DNA of 32,000 nucleotides from an archaeon. GTDB taxonomy: Archaea; Iainarchaeota; Iainarchaeia; Iainarchaeales; JANQMZ01. Positions 1-8,673 of the stretch are shown one piece after another. Numbering within the stretch: position 1 is the first letter of the stretch; each line of letters starts with the position of its first letter. The position numbers and the translations under genes were made by a program. The notes under the pieces are model-generated. The model saw nothing but the letters and a program-made list of their open reading frames with translations. It had not been told where the DNA came from and ran no database searches. Location: the NCBI GenBank assembly GCA_028279805.1, contig JANQMZ010000007.1, positions 480,001 to 512,000 of the forward strand. Reading direction: 5' to 3'.

Positions 1-1
1 G

Positions 2-649
2 GAAAGAATTGTTCTTCCCGGAGATGAAAGTTTTTTTAATGTGCAGATTAAAAGTTTTAATGTTAAAAAAGATCAGGAAATTGAAGGTTTTGTTGAGGTT
101 AGAGGGCATTTTTTGAGCGGCACAAAATGTTCAATCGAGGATATTGGAACCCAAAATTTTAATGTTTTTGTGAAAAATGAGGATGAAGCTTTTGCAGAAG
201 AAATTGAGTTAGAGCAGGAAAAAATTGAAGAATGTAAGGGATTTGAATTAATAATTCCTGAAAATGTTGAAAATGTAAACGAAATTCCTTTTACTGTTAA
301 AAATATCACAAATGACAGAATTCAAGTAAGGCTTTCAGGAGCAAACCTGGGAATTGAAACAAAATATTTTTCAATTCCGGCTCAGACTACGGTTGAAAAA
401 AGTGTTAATGTAATGCCTTTTGAACAAAAAACATGGCTTGTTTTTAACAGCAATGTTAACGGTTGTTTTGTTAAATCAAAAAATGTTCAGATTTTTACAG
501 ATAATCCTTTTGAAAAACCTCAGACAGTGGCTGAACAGGCACCCGGTTTTCAGATAACTTCACAGCTTGGAAATGCCGTCGGATTAATAACACTGGGCGG
601 ATTTAATGCCTGGAATTCTATTGCTAATTTTTTGGGTTTTTCAGGTTAA
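2..649 (+). CDS. Hypothetical protein, 5'-truncated by the window edge (probable beta-rich, possibly extracytoplasmic)
   Basis: The track start at 41 is a GTG, and the frame stays open upstream to base 2 (ERIVLPGDESFFN-VQIKSFNV...), so the gene probably begins outside the window. No family recognised. Confidence 0.6.
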   Translation, partial: ERIVLPGDESFFNVQIKSFNVKKDQEIEGFVEVRGHFLSGTKCSIEDIGTQNFNVFVKNEDEAFAEEIELEQEKIEECKGFELIIPENVENVNEIPFTVKNITNDRIQVRLSGANLGIETKYFSIPAQTTVEKSVNVMPFEQKTWLVFNSNVNGCFVKSKNVQIFTDNPFEKPQTVAEQAPGFQITSQLGNAVGLITLGGFNAWNSIANFLGFSG

Positions 650-687
650 AACGGCTTAGATAGCTTTTTAAACATTAATTTGGACTA

Positions 688-695
688 TTTATATT
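688..695 (+). promoter_or_regulatory. Putative TATA box for the rpl3 super-operon
   Basis: TTTATATT in the intergenic region between the hypothetical gene and rpl3. A start site about 25 nt downstream would give a leader of roughly 120 nt. Confidence 0.5.
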
Positions 696-716
696 GTGCA
701 AACTGCACAGCAGGAA

Positions 717-839
717 TTTTACAACTTTGCATCAGTCAAGATGCAAACCTGATGTGTAAATGCCAATTTGGCTACTTTTGCATGCTTTTCGGCTAGAGCC
801 ATCGCTGGATTTAAGCTGAAAAACAATGAGGAAAAAAAC
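717..839 (+). promoter_or_regulatory. Putative structured 5' leader of rpl3
   Basis: Long non-coding leader with a perfect 8-bp inverted repeat TTTGCATC-AGTCAA-GATGCAAA (726-747) and several competing complements. The 5' boundary is inferred from the TATA position only. Confidence 0.4.
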
Positions 840-1865
840 ATGGGAAAAACACATAAGCCAAGAGCAGGTTCACTGGCTTTTCATCCGAGAAAAAAAGCCA
901 AAACACAAAAAGCTGTTTTCAAAAGCTTTAACTCAGATGAAAGTGGAGTCAAGCCTTTGAATTTTTATGGCTATAAGGCAGGAATGCTTCACGTGTTCGG
1001 AACAAATCAAAGCAAAAACAGTTTAAGTGCAGGGCAGGAAATTATAATGCCTGTAACTGTTATTGAAACCCCTGCGTTAAAAGTTTTTGGAATAAAATAT
1101 TATAAAAAAACTCCGCGTGGCTTCAAAGTTTTGGCTGAAAAGAAAACGGAAAAACTTGGAAAAGAAATTAAAAAAATTTTAACATTACCCAAAAAACCGA
1201 AAGAACAGGTAGCCAGGGAAAAAAATAAACCAAAAGATTCAAAAGCAAAAACTTTTGATGAAACAATTGCGGAATGGCTTGAAAGAAAAAGAATTGATGC
1301 TGTAAGATTATTATGTGCCACCCAGCCAAAGTTAACAGGCATTGGCAAAAAAAAACCTGAAATTGTTGAGGTAAGATTGTCAGGAAAACCGGAAGAACAG
1401 GTAAAATTCGGGGAAGAAAAACTTGGAAAGGAAATAATCATAGAAGATGTTTTTGAAGAAAAAACTTTTCTTGATGTTAAAGCGGTTACAAAAGGAAAAG
1501 GTTTTGGGGGTCCTGTTAAAAGATTCGGAATTAAAATTCAGGGAAGAAAAGCAAAAAAACACAGAATTGTCGGTTCAATCGGGCCATGGCACCCTGCAAC
1601 TGTTCCATGGACAACCGCAAGAGCAGGACAAACGGGTTATCATACAAGAACAGAATACAATAAAAAAATGTTAAAAATTGTACAACCGGATGAAATAAAT
1701 CCAAAAAGCGGTTTTACAAATTATGGTCTGATTAAAAATGCTGCAATTTTGGTTCAGGGTTCTGTCGCGGGGCCAGTTAAAAGAATTGTTGCCATGAGAA
1801 AAGGCTTGAGAAAAAAAGAGAAAGAAAAAATTGTGCTTGAAGAGGTGAAAATAGTTGCACAGTAA
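840..1865 (+). CDS. rpl3: 50S ribosomal protein L3 (uL3)
   Basis: Protein MGKTHKPRAGSLAFHPRKKAK...VKRFGIKIQGRKAKKHRIVGSIGPWHPATVPWTTARAGQTGYHTRTEYN is archaeal/eukaryal L3. The track TTG at 768 is an N-terminal over-extension; the ATG is at 840. Confidence 0.97.
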   Translation: MGKTHKPRAGSLAFHPRKKAKTQKAVFKSFNSDESGVKPLNFYGYKAGMLHVFGTNQSKNSLSAGQEIIMPVTVIETPALKVFGIKYYKKTPRGFKVLAEKKTEKLGKEIKKILTLPKKPKEQVAREKNKPKDSKAKTFDETIAEWLERKRIDAVRLLCATQPKLTGIGKKKPEIVEVRLSGKPEEQVKFGEEKLGKEIIIEDVFEEKTFLDVKAVTKGKGFGGPVKRFGIKIQGRKAKKHRIVGSIGPWHPATVPWTTARAGQTGYHTRTEYNKKMLKIVQPDEINPKSGFTNYGLIKNAAILVQGSVAGPVKRIVAMRKGLRKKEKEKIVLEEVKIVAQ

Positions 1866-2670
1866 AAAAGAGGGAAATGTTTTAACTCTTTCAGGAAAAA
1901 GTTCAGGCAAAATAAAGCTGCCTGGCATATTTTTCACAGAATATGACCCTGAACTGATTAAAAGAGCGGTTTTAGCTATAGAATCCGCAGGATTTCAGCC
2001 TCAAGGCGTTAAACCAAAAGCCGGAATGAATACATCTGCTGAAACAAGAATGAACCGTGACTTGCCTCAGATGCAGAGAACAATCAATGTAGGGCATGCA
2101 AGGCTGCCAAGAAAAAAAAACAGAAGAGGTTTATTGGCGGGAGTTGTTGCAAGAGTTCCCCAGGCAGTTGGGGGAAGGGCGGCTCATCCTCCAAAAAAGG
2201 AAAAAAAACTCGAGGAAAAAATAAACAAAAAAGAAAAAAGAAAAGCATTGCATAGTGCAATTGCTTCAAGTTTGAATGAAACACTGGTGAGAGACAGGCA
2301 TTCGTTCGGGGAAAAAGTTGTATTGCCTTTAATTGTTGAAGACAAGTTTGAAAAAATTACAAAAACAAAAAATGTTGTAAAAACTCTGAAAGATTTGAAT
2401 GTTTACCGGGATGTTGAAACCGCAAAACAAAAAAGAAGAATAAGAGCGGGGAAAGGAAAAATGAGAGGAAGAAAGTATAAGAAAAAAAAATCTTTGCTGA
2501 TTGTCACATCAGAAAATTGTGATGTTTATAAGGCTGCAAGAAATCTTGAAGGAACTGATGTTTGTGCTGTTAAAAATTTAAACACAAAACTTTTTGCGCC
2601 GGGAACAAAAGCAGGAAGGCTGACTTTGTGGACTTCCGGGGCGGTAAAAAAACTGGGTGAAATTAAATGA
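1855..2670 (+). CDS. rpl4: 50S ribosomal protein L4 (uL4)
   Basis: L4 signature RKYKKKKSLLIVTSENCDVYKAARNLEGTDVCAVKNLNTKLFAPG. TTG start at 1855, overlapping rpl3, preceded by GAGGTG. Confidence 0.95.
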   Translation: MHSKKEGNVLTLSGKSSGKIKLPGIFFTEYDPELIKRAVLAIESAGFQPQGVKPKAGMNTSAETRMNRDLPQMQRTINVGHARLPRKKNRRGLLAGVVARVPQAVGGRAAHPPKKEKKLEEKINKKEKRKALHSAIASSLNETLVRDRHSFGEKVVLPLIVEDKFEKITKTKNVVKTLKDLNVYRDVETAKQKRRIRAGKGKMRGRKYKKKKSLLIVTSENCDVYKAARNLEGTDVCAVKNLNTKLFAPGTKAGRLTLWTSGAVKKLGEIK

Positions 2671-2921
2671 GTCAGGTTTTGCTTTATCCGATGGTGACAG
2701 AAAAAGCTGTTAATATTATTGAAGAGGAAAACAAACTGGTTTTTGTTGTTGCAAAAAAAGCAGCAAAACATGAAATAAAAAAAGAAGTTGAATCTTTGTA
2801 TGAAGTAAAAGTTGACAAAGTCAACATTGTGAATGACATGAAGGGAAGAAAAAAAGCAATTGTTAAGATTAACAAAAAATTCAAAGCAAATGACATTGCA
2901 ATAAAACTTGGTGTGTTATAA
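2667..2921 (+). CDS. rpl23: 50S ribosomal protein L23 (uL23)
   Basis: VLLYPMVTEKAVNIIEEENKLVFVVAKKAAKHEIKKEVESLYEVKVDKVNIVN; position after L4. Confidence 0.96.
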   Translation: MSQVLLYPMVTEKAVNIIEEENKLVFVVAKKAAKHEIKKEVESLYEVKVDKVNIVNDMKGRKKAIVKINKKFKANDIAIKLGVL

Positions 2922-3631
2922 TGGGAAAAAGATTGAAACAACAGAGGCGTGGAAAAGGTTCTTTTACATTTAAGTCTCAGAGAAAAAATCCTGTTAAATC
3001 ACAGTATGTTCAAAGTAATGGGAAAACAGTGGAAGGAGAAGTTTTAAGCCTGGTTAAAGAAAGCGGAAGAAGCAATGTTTTAAGCTGTGTTTTGTTTGAA
3101 ACCGGGGAAAAAAAATACCATGTTGCACCTGAAGGATTATATGTTGGGGAGATTATTCATGTTGGACCGGATGCAAGTGTTAAAACAGGAAATGTTTTGC
3201 CTTTAAGCACTGTTCCGGAAGGTTGTCCTATTTTTAACATTGAATTAACACCCGGAGACGGAGGAAAACTGGTAAAAGGAACAGGATTGTATGCTTTAAT
3301 GGTTTCAAAGGACACTAAAAGGGCTTTTGTAAAAATGCCGTCAGGAAAAACCAAAACTTTTTCAGTTAATTCAAGAGCAACAGTTGGTTGTTCTGCAGGA
3401 GGAGAAAGAGAGGAAAAACCTTTTGTTAAAGCGGGAAACAAATGGCATAAAATGAAGGCTTTGGGAAGAAAGTATCAGAATACAAGAGGAGTTGCAATGA
3501 ATGCATTGTCACATCCGTTTGGCGGAGAACAGCATCATGCCGGAAAAAGTAAAAGTACAAAAAGAGATGCTCCACCGGGAAGAAAAGTGGGAGCGATTGC
3601 TTCAAGAAGAACCGGGAGGAAGAAAAAATAA
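2921..3631 (+). CDS. rpl2: 50S ribosomal protein L2 (uL2)
   Basis: L2 C-terminal GVAMNALSHPFGGEQHHAGKSKSTKRDAPPGRKVGAIASRRTG. Confidence 0.98.
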   Translation: MGKRLKQQRRGKGSFTFKSQRKNPVKSQYVQSNGKTVEGEVLSLVKESGRSNVLSCVLFETGEKKYHVAPEGLYVGEIIHVGPDASVKTGNVLPLSTVPEGCPIFNIELTPGDGGKLVKGTGLYALMVSKDTKRAFVKMPSGKTKTFSVNSRATVGCSAGGEREEKPFVKAGNKWHKMKALGRKYQNTRGVAMNALSHPFGGEQHHAGKSKSTKRDAPPGRKVGAIASRRTGRKKK

Positions 3632-4020
3632 TGGCCAGAAAAGAATTTACTTACCGGGGCAAGACTTTGCCTGAATTAAAACAAATGAGTTTGAAAGAAT
3701 TCGGGGAATTATGCGGGACGCGTGCCAAAAGAAGTTTGAACAGAGGCTTTAATCAGAAAATTTTAAAAAGAATTGAAGGATTGCAGGGAAAAGATAATCC
3801 AAAACCAATTAGAACGCATAAAAGAGATTTGATTGTTATTCCCCAGATGATTGGATTGACTTTCATGGTTTACAGGGGAAACGAATTTGTCAGAATTGAT
3901 GTTAAGCCAAAAATGCTTGGGCATTATATCGGAGAATTTGCATTGTCAAGAAAAAAATTAGCACATGGAAAAGCAGGAATTGGTGCTACAAAGTCAAGCA
4001 CTGCTATTACTGCAAAATAA
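3631..4020 (+). CDS. rps19: 30S ribosomal protein S19 (uS19)
   Basis: MARKEFTYRGKTLPELKQMS...HKRDLIVIPQMIGLTFMVYRGNEF...MLGHYIGEFA. Confidence 0.97.
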   Translation: MARKEFTYRGKTLPELKQMSLKEFGELCGTRAKRSLNRGFNQKILKRIEGLQGKDNPKPIRTHKRDLIVIPQMIGLTFMVYRGNEFVRIDVKPKMLGHYIGEFALSRKKLAHGKAGIGATKSSTAITAK

Positions 4021-4033
4021 ACGGTGATTGTGA

Positions 4034-4501
4034 ATGGTTAAAAAAAATTATCAGGCTGAAAATTATGATAATAAAAATTCAGCCAAAGCTATTCTTAAAA
4101 GCAAACCGGTTAGTTTAAAGTATTCAACCGAAATGGCTAACTATATTAAAAACAAGCCTGTTTCAAAAGCTCAAAAATTACTTGAAAATATTAAAGAGAA
4201 AAAAGATTTTCTTCCCTTAAAAAAATATGTTAAAAAAATTGGGCACAGAAAAGGAGCAAAAGCAAGAACCGGAAAATATCCGCAAAAAGTATGCGATGCT
4301 TTTTTGGAATTAATAAACAATGTTAAAGCAAATGCTTCAAACAAAGGACTGGATGAAAACAAATTGTTAATCACACACGTTTTCGCATCACAAGGTTATC
4401 AAAGAGTAAGTTATCAGTCACACGGAAAAATTGGCGGAAAAAGAAGAAAAAGCAAAAGTACTCATATTGAAATGATTGCATTGGAGGCTAAAAGTTTATG
4501 A
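4034..4501 (+). CDS. rpl22: 50S ribosomal protein L22 (uL22)
   Basis: MVKKNYQAENYDNKNSAKAILKSKPVSLKYSTEMANYIKNKPVSKA...HIEMIALEAK. Confidence 0.95.
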   Translation: MVKKNYQAENYDNKNSAKAILKSKPVSLKYSTEMANYIKNKPVSKAQKLLENIKEKKDFLPLKKYVKKIGHRKGAKARTGKYPQKVCDAFLELINNVKANASNKGLDENKLLITHVFASQGYQRVSYQSHGKIGGKRRKSKSTHIEMIALEAKSL

Positions 4502-5334
4502 TTGAAAAAACGTTTATAAGCCAGTCTCTCAGAAATATGCAGATAGAGGATTACCTGAAAAAACAGTTAAACCGGGCGGGTTTTTCAGGAATGGATTTGT
4601 ATAAAACGCCTCTGGTTACAAGAATTGTGCTAAAAGTCACCAAACCCGGTTTGGTTATAGGAAAAGGCGGAAAAAACATAAAAATTTTAACAGATGAAAT
4701 TTCTGAAAAATTCGGAATAAAAAATCCGCAGATTGAAATTCTTGAAATTGAAAACGCTGAACTGGATGCAAAAGCAAGTGTTGAAAACATTGTCAACATG
4801 CTTGAAAGAGGTTATTCATGGAGAGGTGTTGCATTCAGAACCGTTGACAATATAATGAAAGCCGGCGCACAAGGAGTTGAATTAATAGTAAGCGGTTCAC
4901 TCGGAGGAAAAGGAGGAAGAGCAAGAAAACAAAGAATTGCAAAAGGTTATATGAAAAAAGCAGGCGGGCAATCCGAACTGGTTGACTATGCTCAAAACAA
5001 TGCTTACCTGAAAGGAGGAGCAGTAGGAGTCAAATTAAAAATATTGAAACCCGGGATTTTTTTTCCGGATAAAATAAACATAAAAGAATATTTGGAAAAA
5101 GAAAAAAAAGAAGAAGATGAAAAAGCAGAAGAAAGTGAAGAAAAAACAAATGAAAAGGAAAAAAAACCGGAAGAACAAAAAGAAAAAGTAAAAAAAGAAA
5201 CACTTTCAGAAAAAAAAGAAAAGGAAAAAGATACAAAGAAAAAAACTGTTAAAAAAACCAAAAAAGCTGAGGAAAAAAAATCTGCAAAAAAAGAAACAAA
5301 AGAAAAATCTGATGAGAAAAAGGTGAAAAAATGA
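4498..5334 (+). CDS. rps3: 30S ribosomal protein S3 (uS3) with a long Lys/Glu-rich C-terminal tail
   Basis: KH domain TKPGLVIGKGGKNIKILTDEISEKFG; S3 C-terminal region; low-complexity KE tail of about 80 aa. Confidence 0.96.
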   Translation: MIEKTFISQSLRNMQIEDYLKKQLNRAGFSGMDLYKTPLVTRIVLKVTKPGLVIGKGGKNIKILTDEISEKFGIKNPQIEILEIENAELDAKASVENIVNMLERGYSWRGVAFRTVDNIMKAGAQGVELIVSGSLGGKGGRARKQRIAKGYMKKAGGQSELVDYAQNNAYLKGGAVGVKLKILKPGIFFPDKINIKEYLEKEKKEEDEKAEESEEKTNEKEKKPEEQKEKVKKETLSEKKEKEKDTKKKTVKKTKKAEEKKSAKKETKEKSDEKKVKK

Positions 5335-5537
5335 AACTGTCAGAAATAAAATCTTTAAATGAAAAAGAATCTTTGGAAAAAGTAAAAGAACTGAGAACAG
5401 AACTGGCAAAAGAAAAAGCTTTACTTGCTTCCGGAACAAAAAGCGAAAAACCCGGAAGAATCAGAAACATTAAAAGAACAATTGCAAGAATTTTAACCAC
5501 AGTAAATGAAAATAAAACAAATGAGGGAAAAAAATGA
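5331..5537 (+). CDS. rpl29: 50S ribosomal protein L29 (uL29)
   Basis: MKLSEIKSLNEKESLEKVKELRTELAKEKALLASGTKSEKPGRIRNIKRTIARILT; position. Confidence 0.94.
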   Translation: MKLSEIKSLNEKESLEKVKELRTELAKEKALLASGTKSEKPGRIRNIKRTIARILTTVNENKTNEGKK

Positions 5538-5827
5538 TTAAAAGAATTCAAATAAACCAGGAAAATCTGACAGCACACGAGGTCATAGGACAAAAAGTCA
5601 GAGTTAAAAGGAAGGGTTCAAAGGAAATAAAAGGAAAGCTTGTGAATGAAACAATGCATACTTTTTTACTGGAACAAAAAAATAATGAAAAAATTATTCC
5701 AAAAAAAGAAAGCGTTTTGATTTTCAGCATTAACGGAAAAAAAACAGTTATTGACGGAAAAAATTTTGTGGGAAAACCTGAAGACAGAATAAAACTGTTC
5801 TGGAGGAAACAACATGGAAAAAAATAG
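5534..5827 (+). CDS. rnp1: Ribonuclease P protein component 1 (Rpp29/Pop4 family)
   Basis: AHEVIGQKVRVKRKGSKEIKGKLVNETMHTFLLE...KKTVIDGKNFVGKPEDRIKL; canonical L29-Rnp1-S17 position. Confidence 0.9.
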   Translation: MIKRIQINQENLTAHEVIGQKVRVKRKGSKEIKGKLVNETMHTFLLEQKNNEKIIPKKESVLIFSINGKKTVIDGKNFVGKPEDRIKLFWRKQHGKK

Positions 5828-6089
5828 GCCTTTAAGTGTCAGAGGAGCTGTTTTTGAAGGTTTTGTGGTTTCAGCCAAAAACCCTAAAACGGTTAAAGTC
5901 AGAAGAACAATCACAACTTTTGTCGGAAAATTTGAAAGATACAAAAAAACCACATCCATAATCAAGGCACACAATCCTCCTGAAATAAATGCACAGGAAG
6001 GAGATTTTGTAAGAATAGGTGAAACACGAAAAATAAGCAAAACAAAAAATTTTGTTGTTATAAAAATTTTAAGGAAAGATAAAAAATGA
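5814..6089 (+). CDS. rps17: 30S ribosomal protein S17 (uS17)
   Basis: LSVRGAVFEGFVVSAKNPKTVKVRRTITTFVGKFERYKKTTSIIKAHNPPEINAQEGDFVRIGETRKISKTKNFVVI. Confidence 0.96.
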   Translation: MEKNRPLSVRGAVFEGFVVSAKNPKTVKVRRTITTFVGKFERYKKTTSIIKAHNPPEINAQEGDFVRIGETRKISKTKNFVVIKILRKDKK

Positions 6090-6484
6090 AAGGAATAAAC
6101 GCAAAAGCGGCTTTAGGGCTTAACTTAAAAAGCAGAATGCTCTGCGCAGATAACAGCGGAGCAAAAGAAGTGCAGTTAATAAGTGTAAAAGGATTCAAAG
6201 GAAGAAAAAGATTAATTCCAAAAGCGGGAATTGCAAACATGATAACAATTGTTGTAAAAAAAGGCAAACCTGAAATCAGAAAAAAAGTTGAAAAGGCTGT
6301 AATTGTCAGAACAAAAAAAGCTTTCAAAAGACCAAACGGTTTAAGAGTAAAATTTGAAGATAATGCAGTTGTATTGGTTGATGAAAAAGGAAATCCAAAA
6401 GGTTCGGAAATAAAAGGAGTTATTGCAAAAGAAGCAGGTGAACGATGGCCAAAAATTGCCGGAATCGCATCACAAATAGTTTAA
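6086..6484 (+). CDS. rpl14: 50S ribosomal protein L14 (uL14)
   Basis: LKSRMLCADNSGAKEVQLISVKG...AVVLVDEKGNPKGSEIKGVIAKEAGERWPKIAGIASQIV. Confidence 0.97.
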   Translation: MKGINAKAALGLNLKSRMLCADNSGAKEVQLISVKGFKGRKRLIPKAGIANMITIVVKKGKPEIRKKVEKAVIVRTKKAFKRPNGLRVKFEDNAVVLVDEKGNPKGSEIKGVIAKEAGERWPKIAGIASQIV

Positions 6485-6495
6485 GGTGAAAAAAA

Positions 6496-6906
6496 ATGAA
6501 TATTCAGTCACAAAAACCAGGAAAGCAAAGAAAACATTTTTATCAAATGCCTTTGCATCAGACAAGCAAAATTTTAAGCGCACGCTTGGATAAAGGATTA
6601 AGAAAAGAACTTGGAAAAAAAACACTGCCTTTAAGAAAAGGAGATGATGTTCAGATAATGCGGGGAAAAAACAAAAAAAAGAAAGGAAAAATTTTAAGAA
6701 TTGACAGGAGCGGAATGACTGTATTTATTGAGGGCATAATCAGAAAAAAATCTGACGGAACCGAGATTCCTGTAGGAATCAGCTCATCAAATCTGCTTAT
6801 AATTGAAATCAATAGGGATGACCAAAAAAGAGTTAAAGGAAAAAAAATTGCAAAAGAAAAACCAAAAACAGAAAAAAAGAAAAAGGTGAAAAAAAGTGGC
6901 AAGTAA
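6496..6906 (+). CDS. rpl24: 50S ribosomal protein L24 (uL24)
   Basis: KQRKHFYQMPLHQTSKILSARLDKGLRKELGKKTLPLRKGDDVQIMRGKNKKKKGKILRIDR (KOW). Confidence 0.96.
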   Translation: MNIQSQKPGKQRKHFYQMPLHQTSKILSARLDKGLRKELGKKTLPLRKGDDVQIMRGKNKKKKGKILRIDRSGMTVFIEGIIRKKSDGTEIPVGISSSNLLIIEINRDDQKRVKGKKIAKEKPKTEKKKKVKKSGK

Positions 6907-7603
6907 AGGGGGAAAAAAGCATGAAAAAAGGCTTGTTTCCAGCAAAATAAGGAAGCTTTCAAGAAAACATAAAAAATGGACAATTCGTTCAAAACCAGGG
7001 CCAAATACAAGAAAAAAATCTGTACCGCTTGGATTTGTTTTAAGAGATTTAATCGGAGTAACAAGCAATGCAAGAGAAACAAAGCTAATATTGACTGAAG
7101 GAAAAGTTGAATTAAACGGAAAAACAGAAAAAGACCACAGAATTCCTGTCGGATTGTTTGATTTGATTTATTTAAAAGATTTGGATGTTGAATACAGAAT
7201 GTTGTTTGACCAGAAAGGAAGATTGTATGCGGAGGAGTCAAAAAAACCTGAAAAAGACAAAACAAAACTGGTTAAAGTTGTAAACAAAAAAGTTACAAGA
7301 AAAGCAAAAATTATTTTAATAACAAATGACGGCAGAACAATTGAATCAAAAGATTCAAAAATAAAAGTCGGAACCACTTTAAAAATAAGCATACCTGAAC
7401 AAAAAATTTTAACTCACTTAAAACTGGAAAAAGGACAGAACGCGTTAATAATCGGCGGAAAACATTCAGGAGAAACATCAAAAATAAGTGAAATATCTGA
7501 AGGAACAATAAGAAGACCAAAACTTGTCAGTTTTGAAGGAAAAAATGGAAAATTCAAAACAGTTGTTGACAATGTTTTTGTTGTTGAAGGTGTTAAAAAA
7601 TGA
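6896..7603 (+). CDS. rps4e: 30S ribosomal protein S4e (eS4)
   Basis: GGKKHEKRLVSSKIRKLSRKHKKWTIRSKPGPNTRKKSVPLGFVLRDLIGVTSNARETKLIL. GTG start preceded by GGTG. Confidence 0.95.
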   Translation: MASKGGKKHEKRLVSSKIRKLSRKHKKWTIRSKPGPNTRKKSVPLGFVLRDLIGVTSNARETKLILTEGKVELNGKTEKDHRIPVGLFDLIYLKDLDVEYRMLFDQKGRLYAEESKKPEKDKTKLVKVVNKKVTRKAKIILITNDGRTIESKDSKIKVGTTLKISIPEQKILTHLKLEKGQNALIIGGKHSGETSKISEISEGTIRRPKLVSFEGKNGKFKTVVDNVFVVEGVKK

Positions 7604-8106
7604 ATCCGATGAAAGAAATCAGAATTGAAAAAGTTACAATAAATATCGGCACAACTGTTCCCAAAGATGAAATGGAAAAAGGAAAAGCTATTTTGAAAAA
7701 TATTACAAAAACAAAAAATGTTGAAACGGTTGCAAAAATAAAACAACCAAAATGGGATTTGAGGCTTGGAAAACCGATTGGAATAAAAACAACTTTAAGA
7801 GGAAAAAAAGCTGAAGAATTTTTAAAACAGGCTTTACAGGCAAAAGATAATATTTTGAAAAAGAAAAATTTTGATTATTTCGGAAACTTTGGGTTCGGAA
7901 TACATGAACACATTGATTTGGCGGAACAAAAATATGACCCCAATTTGGGCATTACCGGCTTTGATGTTCTGATTACAGTGGAAAGGCCTGGTTACCGGGT
8001 CAAAAAAAGAAAATTAAAAAAAGCAAAAATTGGCAAAAAACACGTTATAACACGTGAAGAAGCCATTGAATTTGTTGAAAAAAAATTTGAAGTGAAAATA
8101 GAATGA
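7600..8106 (+). CDS. rpl5: 50S ribosomal protein L5 (uL5)
   Basis: [37 protein letters not shown]...[43 protein letters not shown]. Confidence 0.97.
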   Translation: MNPMKEIRIEKVTINIGTTVPKDEMEKGKAILKNITKTKNVETVAKIKQPKWDLRLGKPIGIKTTLRGKKAEEFLKQALQAKDNILKKKNFDYFGNFGFGIHEHIDLAEQKYDPNLGITGFDVLITVERPGYRVKKRKLKKAKIGKKHVITREEAIEFVEKKFEVKIE

Positions 8107-8258
8107 AAGGAAAACTGAAAGAAAAAAAAAGAGATTTAAAATGCAGAATCTGCAATTCTGAAAAAGGACTCATAAGAAAATACGGGTTAATGCTTTGCAG
8201 AAGATGTTTCAAGGAACAGGCAGAAAGGCTTGGTTTTAAAAAATACGGTTATCATTGA
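8103..8258 (+). CDS. rps14: 30S ribosomal protein S14 (uS14), zinc-binding; absent from the supplied ORF track
   Basis: Hand translation [51 protein letters not shown] (51 aa) with CxxC...CxxC; ATGA-type overlap with rpl5; canonical L5-S14-S8 order. Confidence 0.95.
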   Translation: MKGKLKEKKRDLKCRICNSEKGLIRKYGLMLCRRCFKEQAERLGFKKYGYH

Positions 8259-8270
8259 GGTGTAAAAAAA

Positions 8271-8663
8271 ATGAGCTTAGTTGACCCAATAGCAGATGCG
8301 ATGGTTTCCATCAAAAACAGTGATAAAGCTGCAAAAAAAGGATGCATATGCAAACCGGCTTCAAAATTGCTTGGAAGAATTCTTGAAGTAATGAAAAAAG
8401 AAGAATACATTAAAGATTACAAACTGGTTAAAGACGGAAGAAGCAATTTGTATGTAATAGAATTGTTCGGCAGAATAAATGACTGCAGGGCAATAAAGCC
8501 AAGGCATGCTGTTAAAAAAAATGATTTTGAAAAATTTGAAAAAAGATATTTGCCGGCAAAAGACATGGGAATGCTGATAGTTACAACACCTGAAGGAGTT
8601 TTTTCACACAAAGATGTTAAAAACAAAAGAATCGGAGGAAGGCTTCTGGCATATATTTATTAG
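8271..8663 (+). CDS. rps8: 30S ribosomal protein S8 (uS8)
   Basis: MSLVDPIADAMVSIKNSDKAAKKGC...YLPAKDMGMLIVTTPEGVFSHKDVKNKRIGGRLLAYIY. Confidence 0.97.
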   Translation: MSLVDPIADAMVSIKNSDKAAKKGCICKPASKLLGRILEVMKKEEYIKDYKLVKDGRSNLYVIELFGRINDCRAIKPRHAVKKNDFEKFEKRYLPAKDMGMLIVTTPEGVFSHKDVKNKRIGGRLLAYIY

Positions 8664-8673
8664 GTGAAAAAAA

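Noticed and set aside
768-839. N-terminal extension of L3 from TTG 768 (MATFACFSARAIAGFK...)
   Set aside because: L3 normally begins MGxxHxPRxGS; ATG 840 gives exactly this. The extension overlaps the candidate leader structure.
717-839. rpl3 leader as a C/D box guide RNA (TGATGT at 750-755, CTGA at 816-819)
   Set aside because: Box C is imperfect, no matching internal C'/D' pair was seen, and the box-to-box spacing is longer than typical.
1447-1674. Alternate-frame plus ORF within rpl3
   Set aside because: Entirely inside rpl3 in another frame, with no independent support.
5090-5334. A-rich low-complexity DNA in rps3 (and similar in rps4, rps6e, rps24e) as a possible tandem repeat or CRISPR-like array
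   Set aside because: In-frame Lys/Glu coding sequence with irregular spacing; no direct repeats separated by unique spacers.
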